Shown here piece by piece: positions 1 through 9,353 of a stretch of DNA of 64,000 nt. Each line of letters opens with the position of its first letter. Position 1 is the stretch's first letter. Source of the DNA: a virus (taxonomy: Duplodnaviria; Caudoviricetes); IMG/VR virus record IMGVR_UViG_2706796753_000001, positions 95,838-159,837 of that record. One strand, given 5' to 3'. Made by a program: the position numbers and the translations under genes. The notes beneath the pieces were generated by a model. The model was given only the letters and a program-made list of their open reading frames with translations. It searched no databases and was not told where the DNA came from.

Positions 1-439
1 ACAAAGACAAGAGAAAGATAACTATACTTGGTATAGATACATAGGAATGACAGCAGCTATGATTGATGCTTGTTCTCGACGTAAATTACTAGAGCTTTTA
101 GAGATTAGGAAGTTCATTGATGAAGGAGGATATAAGAATCCTTGGTCTACAGAACTTGCTGACCACCCAATTCAAGTACCAGCACTAGTACTTAATGTGT
201 TAAAGGAGAGAGAAGATGGCGAAGCTAAAGTATGAAACACACGTGAATGCTGATATCTTTACATTGATTTGTACAGAGTATAACGCAGAAGCAGAAATCT
301 CCTTCGATTTAACGACCGTAGAGGTATGTAGCCTTGAAGTTGGTAAGTGTTCGATTGGTAACCTAGAGAAGTTAGTTAAACTGGCTAAGAAGGAGTTTAC
401 AGGAGTCTTAATTGAACAACGTGTCGGAGGTATGATGTA

Positions 440-604
440 ATGTATAGTTATGCTGTTACTTATTATGATGAAGATTTTAAGGAATTCAACGTAACGCTAG
501 ACGCGAAAAACTTAACAATGCTAGAACAAATTGTACATAGAATTCAATACAGTAAAGCCAAGAAAATTATCATCACTAAAATTAAGTGGCTTGGCTTAAA
601 ATAA
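440..604 (+). CDS. Small hypothetical protein (54 aa, below the ORF-track cutoff)
   Basis: ATG overlaps the previous stop (TAATG), a GGAGG RBS lies upstream, and the frame is open to TAA at 602-604, followed by a hairpin-U terminator. Confidence 0.6.
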   Translation: MYSYAVTYYDEDFKEFNVTLDAKNLTMLEQIVHRIQYSKAKKIIITKIKWLGLK

Positions 605-608
605 CACT

Positions 609-639
609 AAGTAGAGGCTCTTTTCGTCTCTACTTTTTT
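609..639 (+). terminator. Rho-independent terminator
   Basis: AAGTAGAGGC..GTCTCTACTT stem followed by a T run. Confidence 0.6.
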
Positions 640-687
640 CTATATGATATAATTAAAGTAGAGATAAATAAAGAAAAGAGGTATATA

Positions 688-1458
688 ATGGCTAAAAAAA
701 TGGCACGAAAACGATTATGTAATATTTATAATAGTGATAGAAGCATTAACGCGAACTTCACACTTGTGAAAGATGAGAATGCGGCTATTAAAGTAACCCG
801 TCTTAATGAGGAAGAAGTTGAACAAGCGATGGATAAATTATCTGAACAATCAGAACTCTTTCCTATTAGAGACGATAAGAGATATATGATTTTCAAACAG
901 AAGTACGGAAACGACACACTGAATAGTAAGATATTCAAGCATGGCGGATACATCCAGTACTACAGCGAAGGGAAAGCTCCGATACCCGTAATCAATGCGC
1001 TTGCTAAAGTACCTACATCAGAAATTATCTATGCACCTCAGAAAGAATATCCTCGTGATGTAGTAGAGAACGTCCACCTAGCATCAATGGCTACTAGTGT
1101 CGTAGTAGACGTACCTATCGTATTACCTGATATCAACGTGTATGACTATCTATTTGCCTTATATCCGCTACGATATCATGTCGATAAAGTTCGAGTATCC
1201 TTCCCTCCATTAGAACCAGAAGAGATGACGAAGGAACGTAAGAAGTACTACACGAAACGGAAGGGTAAATACTACATGAAGCCACAGTATAAATATGAGT
1301 GCTTCTGTCACCTTCAAGAGCCGCTATCTACATGGAAAATGAACATCTGGTTAGTATGTGATACCGAAAAGGATAAAGACACCGTGAAAGAGCTTGTAGA
1401 CACGAATAACAGGAAGTTCAAGTATACACATCATGTATCTCTTATGGAGGATGAGTGA
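688..1458 (+). CDS. Conserved hypothetical protein upstream of the HU/IHF-like gene
   Basis: ATG 688 has an AAGAGG RBS; the track start at 586 overlaps a small ORF and a terminator. Confidence 0.7.
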   Translation: MAKKMARKRLCNIYNSDRSINANFTLVKDENAAIKVTRLNEEEVEQAMDKLSEQSELFPIRDDKRYMIFKQKYGNDTLNSKIFKHGGYIQYYSEGKAPIPVINALAKVPTSEIIYAPQKEYPRDVVENVHLASMATSVVVDVPIVLPDINVYDYLFALYPLRYHVDKVRVSFPPLEPEEMTKERKKYYTKRKGKYYMKPQYKYECFCHLQEPLSTWKMNIWLVCDTEKDKDTVKELVDTNNRKFKYTHHVSLMEDE

Positions 1459-1459
1459 T

Positions 1460-1804
1460 ATGTTAAGTGAAGTGTTAGTTAATCGTACGGAGATGGCGAG
1501 AAGGATTGCTATTAACGGTGGATATACACAGAAGGAGATAGAGAAGATACTTAAGCTTCAAGAAGATGTTATCGAAGAGGCAATGTATCGTGGGGAGACT
1601 GTAAAGCATGGGAAACTGTATAAACTATCTCTACATGAGCTCCCTGAGAAAGAGTGTTGGGATAACTTTAACGATAGGTATGTTACAAGAAAAGCGGTCT
1701 ATACGCCTAAGTTCCAGCCTCTTATCCGATTAGAACAAATACGTATACCTGTTAAGGAGGAAAATAAGGATGTTCAAGAAGCTACTAGCGAAGATAAAGG
1801 ATAA
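1460..1804 (+). CDS. HU/IHF-like DNA-binding protein
   Basis: Pattern NRTEMARRIA..TQKEIEKIL..IEEAMYRGETV..GKL, beta-arm ..RKAVYTPKFQP; sits upstream of the DNA polymerase as in SPO1-like phages. Confidence 0.75.
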   Translation: MLSEVLVNRTEMARRIAINGGYTQKEIEKILKLQEDVIEEAMYRGETVKHGKLYKLSLHELPEKECWDNFNDRYVTRKAVYTPKFQPLIRLEQIRIPVKEENKDVQEATSEDKG

Positions 1805-2003
1805 GTTAAATCCTAAGGTGAAGAAGAAACAGACATGTGAAGTATTCTGTCCGAAGTGTGGGGCAGGTTTAATAGAATCAATGAGTCACTTTACATATAT
1901 TGAAAATGATAGATTAGTTAAATACACTTGCGTAGTATGTGGAACGCGGTCTCACTGGGACTTTGACACGCCCGTACCTATCTTTATTAGAGAGGAGAAA
2001 TAA
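1770..2003 (+). CDS. Zinc-ribbon protein
   Basis: CPKC and CVVC pairs; GGAGG RBS. Confidence 0.7.
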   Translation: MFKKLLAKIKDKLNPKVKKKQTCEVFCPKCGAGLIESMSHFTYIENDRLVKYTCVVCGTRSHWDFDTPVPIFIREEK

Positions 2004-2020
2004 TTCTTCTCTTTTTTTTT
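1991..2020 (+). terminator. Rho-independent terminator
   Basis: AGAGGAGAA-ATAA-TTCTTCTCT stem followed by a long T run. Confidence 0.75.
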
Positions 2021-2030
2021 ATTTTAATAG

Positions 2031-2059
2031 TTGACTTAAAGTAAAACGGATGATAAGAT
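2031..2059 (+). promoter_or_regulatory. sigmaA-type promoter (class 1)
   Basis: TTGACT-17bp-TAAGAT with TG extension; near-identical to the promoter at 29443. Confidence 0.8.
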
Positions 2060-2089
2060 TAAGACAAGTTAAAGAAAGGGGAGAAAAAA

Positions 2090-5068
2090 ATGGAACAAGA
2101 AAACTTAGAAGGTAAAGAGTTATACTACAGTCTTAACGGAGGTTTTGGAGCGTGGTTGCAAGTAATAATGCTAGTACGTTGTGGTATGGTAGACTCATTA
2201 GAGGATTTAGAAGATAAGGGAATCAAAATGCTAGAAGATATCAACGAGAACATGAAAGAGTTGGAGGCTGAACTTAATGGAGAAGTTTGAGTATAAATCA
2301 ATACCATCATCTATTAAACTATTTCAAGATGAGTCAGAGTTAAATAAGTTAGGTGCAGAGGGTTGGGAATTAGTCATGATGGCTGCTGCTAGGGTTATCT
2401 TCAAAAGAAAAATTGAAGTGGATGTAAATATTAAGGTTGATTTATCTGACGACGAGGTGAGTAAAGATGAGCTCTTACGCTAGAGATATGGTAGAAGGAT
2501 ACGAGGACATTGCTAGGGGTATAGAAGAGTTTCTGGAAAATGAAGACCTTAGTAAAGCGGATTTAATAAAGAAATTAGAATCTATTAAAAGAGACTGCTG
2601 GTCTAAATATAATGACGGAGCTTATTCATTAGGATGGAGGGATAACTAATGAGAAATGCAGGAAGTAGATTATATGATTATGTAAAAATAGAGAAGGTTT
2701 GGAAGGAAGAAGAACAAGAAGGATTCCTGATTATAGGGTACTCTGGAAAAATCGATTTGAAAGGTGTCAAAAAAGTAATCGGGATGTACGTAGGTAGAAA
2801 CTTAAACATATATAAGTGCGAGGAGAAACTTACGATAAACTATTATAAATCTATCGAAATTTTAAAAGATTATTACGAAAACGTTGTGATTGATAGAGCT
2901 GGTTGGGACTACATTATAGCTTAGGAGGGTATTGAATGTTTACATTATATACATTTACGTACGGCGCACTTTGCAAGCATGACTTCGATGATGCGAGTAC
3001 AGCAATCGCCTTTATGATAACAGGTGTAGACGCTGGTGACTTCACACCTGCATCGCTATGGGAGAGAACCCCAGAGGGTGCTAAAGTTGTGTTTAATAGG
3101 CAGGAATTAAGAGATATTTATATTGAAAGCTAAGGAGGAGAATCAATATGACATATGAAGATATGCAAGCAGAGATTAAGTTCCAAGAGCAGCAGTTGTT
3201 ACAGATGAAACAAGCAGCAGAGGTTCAACGATTAAAAGAAAAAGGTATGAACTTCGAGAGTAAAGGTATATGGAAAGTTACTACAGAAGGTGATGAGGAA
3301 GGTAGAAGTACTAGAGATTTAGGTATCCATAAAGGAGATATCATTTACATAGCTCAAAAACTAGCGCAACATGAGTTTTACAAATTAACATTTACTCGTG
3401 TAAATCCAAAGGAAGAGGATGTCGAATTACCTAAAAAAGGTGAAGTACACATAACTGTATATGGTGACGATAACATTGAAGATGAGCACGATTTACTAGC
3501 AGCATTGGCAGGTAAAGCTCTTGACGGAGAGAAAGTAGCGTTAGGTCAGTACTATAAGTCTGTAAAATTTACATGGGGGCTGGATAAATAATATGGCTAT
3601 TAAAAGAGAATTGCTAGAAGTGGAAGTTACGTTTAACGAGACGGAGATTTATGCTCAAAGTGCGAAGGATGCAGTAGAGCATCGGCTGTACAATATCGAT
3701 GGGGTTCTTGAGTGGGACACGCATATGCTTACATCATTAGATAATGACGACGATACTACAACAGAGAAGTTCTTGTTATGTGTAGTATATAATACATACG
3801 ATTTATCAGGAAGTAGTTTAGAAGATGTAATCGATACAGAGTTATATACAGAGGATGGGGTTATCGGTTACGCTACGCAGCCGTTAAAAGAAAGCACATT
3901 AGATGCTACAATTGCACTGGAGGAAATTAGTTATGGTTCTAGTAATTAACTTCGGTGAGTATGAGTTTACAAGATTTAGGGATGCAGTACATACATTAGA
4001 AATGGAATACGGGTACGAAGGTGAAGCTTGGGAGATGGTAGTAGCAAGCGAAGACCTAGAAATATTGGGAGACTTTTTAGATATGGAAGGTTTCCACGTA
4101 GAAATGGAGGCACAATAAAATGATTAAAACATATAGTGGAGTGCACGTACTGGAAGAGTTAAACAACCATTGGTTGGTAAAAGAGGATGCTGATGGCGAT
4201 ATCACGTATAATTATAGAATTTTGAATGGTACTCTTTACAAGGCGTTTTACAGACATAATAAGTGGCACATAGATAAGTCTAATGTAGATTTAAACTACT
4301 TCCTATCGGGAGAATTTGAAGTGTCAGATGACCGTGTTAATCTTTCTGACAGATTCGTGGAGTTTGGTGGTAGTACTATTAGGCTAAAAGAAGTGACGCT
4401 AACAGAGATGCTGTCTACTAACGGTCTTGTTTATGGAGAAGGTGAAAAGATAGATGTTATTAAAAAGCACTATAGTTTTTTACAAAACGGTTTATTCTAC
4501 TTTGATGACCTATTAAAATCCTTGGGAGAGACTTATACATCCGCCGCATGTAAAAAAGCGCTACTAGAAACAAAATGGTTTATGGAGGTAAAATAAGATG
4601 AGTGAATTCAAAGGAAAAACATTACAAGGTGTAGAAACGATTAAAGAGATGACAAAAGGTACATGGGTGTATGATATTAACTATCCGAACGCGGTATTTA
4701 CGATTTTGGATGATGAGTTAACTAGACTATGGATTCCATCGTTAGATATTCGCTCATTGACAGGTGAAGATTGTTCGGGCTACCTGTTTACTCAGTTCCT
4801 AGAAAAAGAGTACGCTATTTTTGCAGAAGCTGACGGATTTAGAATCAAAGGTGGAAACTTATATGTACGCACAAACTGGGAAGGTGTTTTAAAGTCGGAA
4901 GGACAACTTATGATTTCTCATCCTAAACTATCTCTAACTAGTATATACGAAGATAGTCTATACACGTTCGCATCTATCCTTGAAATGTTAGGTGATGAAT
5001 TAGCGTCCCCTACAATTAAAGAGATTTTATCAGAAGCTAAGTGGTACGTAAGAAAAAAAGATGAGTAG
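2090..5068 (+). other. Cluster of small hypothetical genes (2090, 2277, 2467, 2649, 2936, 3148, 3593, ~3933, 4120, 4598)
   Basis: Abutting or overlapping ORFs, each with a GGAG-type RBS. Confidence 0.75.
2277..2483 (+). CDS. DUF4177-like small protein
   Basis: FEYK...LNKLGAEGWELV...IFKR signature. Confidence 0.7.
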   Translation: MEKFEYKSIPSSIKLFQDESELNKLGAEGWELVMMAAARVIFKRKIEVDVNIKVDLSDDEVSKDELLR

Positions 5069-5073
5069 AAGTA

Positions 5074-5128
5074 GGAGAGGGGTGACCCTCTCTTTTTTGT
5101 TGTGGTTTCTAGTAAAATATGATATAAT
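5074..5128 (+). promoter_or_regulatory. Terminator followed by the DNA polymerase promoter
   Basis: GAGAGGG-GTGA-CCCTCTC-T run; then TTGTGG-17bp-TATAAT (5100-5128) with TG extension. Confidence 0.65.
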
Positions 5129-5146
5129 TGAGGAGAAGGAGGAGAT

Positions 5147-7252
5147 ATGTTGAAAATATTGTTCGCGCAAGAATTCATCAGAGAAGACCACATGAAGATA
5201 CAGAAGGATAAAACGTTAAAAAACGTCTTTCTATCTACCGATGCAGGTGGTATGCTAAAGTCCTTAATAACAACAGGACTTGGCTTAAAGAGGGACGAAT
5301 TTTACATTGACTACGCATTCCATAAAGTACCTAGAGTAACAAAACGGGGAAGAAACAACAGAGCGACGCAATATGCACAGCCTAAGACAAAAGAACTTAA
5401 CCCAGAGTTCGACGAGTTCCGAGCCAGAATTATTCGGGATAAGCCAGACATCGTTGTCCCCTCAGGTAACTTAGGGTGTAAAGCACTTATCAACAAGGCT
5501 TCTATCTCTACTGTACGTGGTGTACCTAGAAAAGAGATTATCACCTCTAGTCTTACAGAAGAGACTCATGAGTGTTGGATTCTTCCTATGTATTCGATGG
5601 AGTACATGTTAGTAAGTCCGAAGATTCAAAACTTAGTAGAAGCAGACTTAGGGATTTTAAAGAAATACATAACAGAAGGCGAAGTAGCATTCCTACCGAA
5701 AGAGGTAACCTATGAGGATGCTATAACAATTGAACGAGTTAGGGAGATATTCCAAAAAGAAGTTAAGAACGCTCCTGTAGTCGCATGGGACTTAGAGACC
5801 AATACATTACATCCAGAGCGGATAGGTGCGAAGCCTCTTGTAATCTCCTTATCTTGGAAAGAAGGTCAAGGTGTAACCATCCCGCTAGAGCATAAAGAGT
5901 TCACATGGCATATGGGATACTTGGCAGAGATTTATAAAATGATTGAAGAGTTTGTTGGCGACCCAAACATTATAAAGGTCGCGCATAACGGTAAGTTCGA
6001 TATGAGATTCCTACGTCTTACTAGAAACATCACCGTATTCAACAATGTACGAGATACGAAAACGATGTACTATTTACTAGTTAACCAAGACGTAAAAGGT
6101 TCATTAAAATTATCGGATTTGACATATGAATTTACCGATATGGGTGGATATGATAGAGCTCTAGAGGATTTCAAAAAGAAGTACCTTGAAGATGCTAAGA
6201 AGCAAGATGATATCCGTATCAAGAAGTTAAAAGAAGAATGGAAGACTCAATGTGATAGAGACCGAGCAGAGGCTAACGAGAAGATAAAAGAGTACCGAGC
6301 AGAACTTCGAGAGCTTAACAAACAGATAAAAAGCGATGAAAGGGTTAATCAATCCTCAACGAAAGAGCGTTACATGCGCCGAAACGACCTCACAACGCTT
6401 ATCGCAACTACGAAGTATGTTAAGCCTAAGATGCCCGATTTTGGTACAGCTAGAGCGCCTAGAAACGAGATTGACGGGGAAGACTTCAACTACGAATGGA
6501 TTCCATTATTCGAAATGCTTTCTCCGTACGCTAGTGGTGACGTAGACGTGTGTTTACGTATTTATAATGCATTAGCCGCTCGATGCACAAACAAAGGTCT
6601 AGCGAAGATTGAAGCCCTTTATACGGGGCATTATCCTGAGCTTGTTAATGTACTTGCTAAAATTGAGGCAACAGGTATCAAACTGGACATTCCGTACGTT
6701 AAGCATCTAGCTAAGGTGTATACGGAAGAAGAAAACAGATTACTAGGTCTGATTCGTGAGTTTGATTTGATTAAGCAAGTAGAGGAAGAGAAAGATGCTT
6801 TATACGCTCTAGCTGTAGAGGAGATGTTAAAAGCTCCGAAAGACCGTGATAAGGAAATCCTTAAGCTCCGCAATAAGCTTAAAGACGAAGAGGATAGGTT
6901 CTTTAATCCTAACTCATCGGAAGATAAGCAAAAAGCGATGTACAAGCTAGGTGGTATTGTTCTACCGTTTAACCGTGAGTACCTAGTAGACTCTGCGGTA
7001 GAGAACAACCTAGAAGAGCATGAGATTGAATGGTATCACTATAAGGCAGATAAACACGCGTTCGAATACATATCAGAGAATTACCCAGAACATAAAGAAC
7101 TAGCGGATTTATTCCTAGAGTTCTCATTAGTTAAAACGCGTAAACAAAGTTTCACATATAAGTTCCTTACAATGGTAGACCATAATGATATCCTGCACGG
7201 TTCATTCAACTCGGAAGGTACAGAAACAAGTCGTCTATCATCAGCAGCGCCT
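5147..7252 (+). CDS. polA: Family A DNA polymerase, exon 1 (degenerate UDG-like domain, 3'-5' exonuclease, start of the pol domain)
   Basis: ExoI WDLET, ExoII AHNGKFD, ExoIII YASGD, GTETSRLSS; 702 codons ending ..SSAAP at the intron junction. Confidence 0.92.
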
Positions 7253-8108
7253 AAACAGAGTAGGATTGGGCGCTTTAAACTCCGTGAATTCAGAGGAAGC
7301 CTAAGTCGTAAGATATGGTAATTCTGAGCCAAGCTTAACAGGGATGTTAAGAAGGTGCAACGACTAATGTATACGGACTAGAACAGTCTATGAAACAACA
7401 CGAGCGCGGAGGAGTCTAGTAATGTGGTGTTACTGGAGGTACATAATGTTTCAAGAAGAGTGGAAAGATGTAACAGGTTTTGAAGATTACTACGAAGTGA
7501 GTAATAAAGGCAGAGTTGCAAGTAAACGTACAGGAGTTATCATGGCTCAATATAAAATCAATAGCGGATACTTATGCATCAAATTTACAGTGAATAAGAA
7601 AAGGACGAGCCATTTAGTTCATAGGTTAGTAGCTAGAGAGTTTTGTGAAGGTTACAGTCCAGAGCTAGATGTGAATCATAAGGACACTGATAGAATGAAT
7701 AATAACTATGATAACTTAGAATGGTTGACCAGAGCTGATAACTTGAAAGATGTTAGAGAGCGAGGGAAATTAAACACCCATACTGCACGAGAAGCGTTAG
7801 CCAAGGTGTCTAAGAAAGCTGTGGATGTGTATACGAAAGACGGTAGTGAATACATAACAACATATCCATCTGCTACAGAAGCTGCGAAAGCTCTAGGAGT
7901 GCAGGGAGCGAAAATATCTACTGTGTGTCACGGTAAACGACAACATACGGGAGGTTACCATTTTAAATTCAACTCATCAGTAGACCCAAACCGAAGTGTA
8001 AGTAAAAAATAAAAAAAAATACACCACATTACTAGATTTATGATATAGTCTGAACTATATGGAAACATATAGAAGTGATACTTAAATGGTATCACGGTAA
8101 CATAATTG
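7253..8108 (+). mobile_element. Group I self-splicing intron (856 nt) in the DNA polymerase gene
   Basis: 5' exon ends in U (AGCGCCT) and pairs with the IGS GGGCGCT at 7268-7274; R element GTGCAACGACTAA; S element GATATAGTCT at 8042-8051; terminal G at 8108; perfect 16-bp stem 7415-7430/8021-8036 brackets the ORF; splicing restores SSAAP/NLQNLP in frame, the same position as the SPO1-type intron. Confidence 0.93.
7446..8012 (+). CDS. I-BasI: Intron-encoded HNH homing endonuclease (I-HmuI/I-BasI family), 188 aa
   Basis: NUMOD4 N-terminus EEWKDV..YEVSNKGRV, VHRLVA, NHKD..NN..NLEW, C-terminal NUMOD1 HTH; closely matches my recollection of phage Bastille I-BasI. Confidence 0.85.
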   Translation: MFQEEWKDVTGFEDYYEVSNKGRVASKRTGVIMAQYKINSGYLCIKFTVNKKRTSHLVHRLVAREFCEGYSPELDVNHKDTDRMNNNYDNLEWLTRADNLKDVRERGKLNTHTAREALAKVSKKAVDVYTKDGSEYITTYPSATEAAKALGVQGAKISTVCHGKRQHTGGYHFKFNSSVDPNRSVSKK

Positions 8109-9101
8109 AACCTACAAAATCTTCCAAGGAAGACAGGGGACGTGTTCCGATTCGATTATCAGCATCCTATTAAACGCGCATTCATTACTAGATTCGAAGG
8201 CGGAGCGTTAATCCAGCTCGATTATAGTTCCCTAGAGTCCCGTGTAATGGCATTAGATGCATACGATGTCGATATGATTCGAGCATTCTTTAACGGAGAA
8301 GACGTACATAAGCAAACTGCATCATTCGTATTCCGTAAACCACAAGAAGAAGTAACAGATGATGAGCGTTCAGCAGCTAAGTCTACTTCGTTCGGTCTTG
8401 CATACGGTGAGACACCACAGTCTTACTACAGTAAGCACGGTATGACATTAGAGCAAGCTACGAAACTATTCGATGACTTCTTCGCAGGGAAACCGCGACT
8501 TAAAGAATACATCGATGAGAATAAGGAACTTGCATTACAACAAGGTAATATTTCTTGTATGCAAGGATTCACTCGTAACTTACGAGATGTATACTCAAAA
8601 GATAAACAGAAACGTAATGCTGCACTTCGTCAGGCTACAAATACTCGCATTCAAGGTTCTGGTGCATTCTTAACGAATAACTCATTAATCTACATCAACA
8701 ATATGATTGAGAAACTGAACCTACGCTCTCGTATCGTATTAACAGTACACGATAGTATCGTAATCGACTGTCCACCAGATGAGATTGAATTAATGGCTCA
8801 TATCGGTAAGAGGGTTATGGAGAACTTACCTATCGATTGGTTATGGATTGACTGGGAAGGTGAGAGACGTCGTTTCCCTATCACAGCAGACGTAGAGATT
8901 GGTATAACTTACAATGACATGGTAGATTACAAACCAGAAGACTTAAAAACATTCAAGTCTGTAAGAGGTTACTGTGAATTCTACGGTAAGAAGAAGCATA
9001 TCAAGAACTGTAAAGGTTCTAAGGTTATTACAGAAGAGAAGATGGAAGAGTTATTCGAAGTGTTAGAAAAGAGTAAAGACTTATACCGACAAATCGCATA
9101 G
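8109..9101 (+). CDS. polA: Family A DNA polymerase, exon 2 (spliced product 1032 aa)
   Basis: Motif A DYSSLESRVMA, motif B RSAAKSTSFGLAYG, motif C TVHDSIV. Confidence 0.93.
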   Translation, partial: NLQNLPRKTGDVFRFDYQHPIKRAFITRFEGGALIQLDYSSLESRVMALDAYDVDMIRAFFNGEDVHKQTASFVFRKPQEEVTDDERSAAKSTSFGLAYGETPQSYYSKHGMTLEQATKLFDDFFAGKPRLKEYIDENKELALQQGNISCMQGFTRNLRDVYSKDKQKRNAALRQATNTRIQGSGAFLTNNSLIYINNMIEKLNLRSRIVLTVHDSIVIDCPPDEIELMAHIGKRVMENLPIDWLWIDWEGERRRFPITADVEIGITYNDMVDYKPEDLKTFKSVRGYCEFYGKKKHIKNCKGSKVITEEKMEELFEVLEKSKDLYRQIA

Positions 9102-9110
9102 GAGGTACGC

Positions 9111-9308
9111 ATGGGTTTACTAAAACAATTATTCTGTAAGCATCCGAAGGTTTCTGATTCCTTCGGTGTTTATAGTAAAAAAGAAGGTAATGATAATCTA
9201 GTAATTGAGTGGGAAGGTAAGAAGTGTGTAGATTGTGATAAATACTGGAGTAAGCATCAAATTAAAAAAATTGAAAGAAATTATTACGACCCGCTTGACT
9301 TTAAGTAA
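9111..9308 (+). CDS. Small Cys/His (DUF1660-like) protein
   Basis: LFCKH...CVDC. Confidence 0.55.
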   Translation: MGLLKQLFCKHPKVSDSFGVYSKKEGNDNLVIEWEGKKCVDCDKYWSKHQIKKIERNYYDPLDFK

Positions 9309-9323
9309 ATCTAGTATTATACT
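9295..9323 (+). promoter_or_regulatory. sigmaA-type promoter (class 1)
   Basis: TTGACT-17bp-TATACT. Confidence 0.75.
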
Positions 9324-9353
9324 AAAAGTAACAAATGAAAGGGAGAGATTAAT

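Noticed and set aside
688-1458. Radical SAM enzyme
   Set aside because: The segment VVVDVPIVLPDIN resembles a barrel strand, but there is no CxxxCxxC motif.
6160-6480. Intein in the polymerase
   Set aside because: No C/S start, HN-C/S/T end or LAGLIDADG motifs.
7253-7321. C-terminus KQSRIG...RKIW of track ORF 5147-7321, and the TTG start at 8106
   Set aside because: Both are intron sequence; splicing joins 7252 to 8109.
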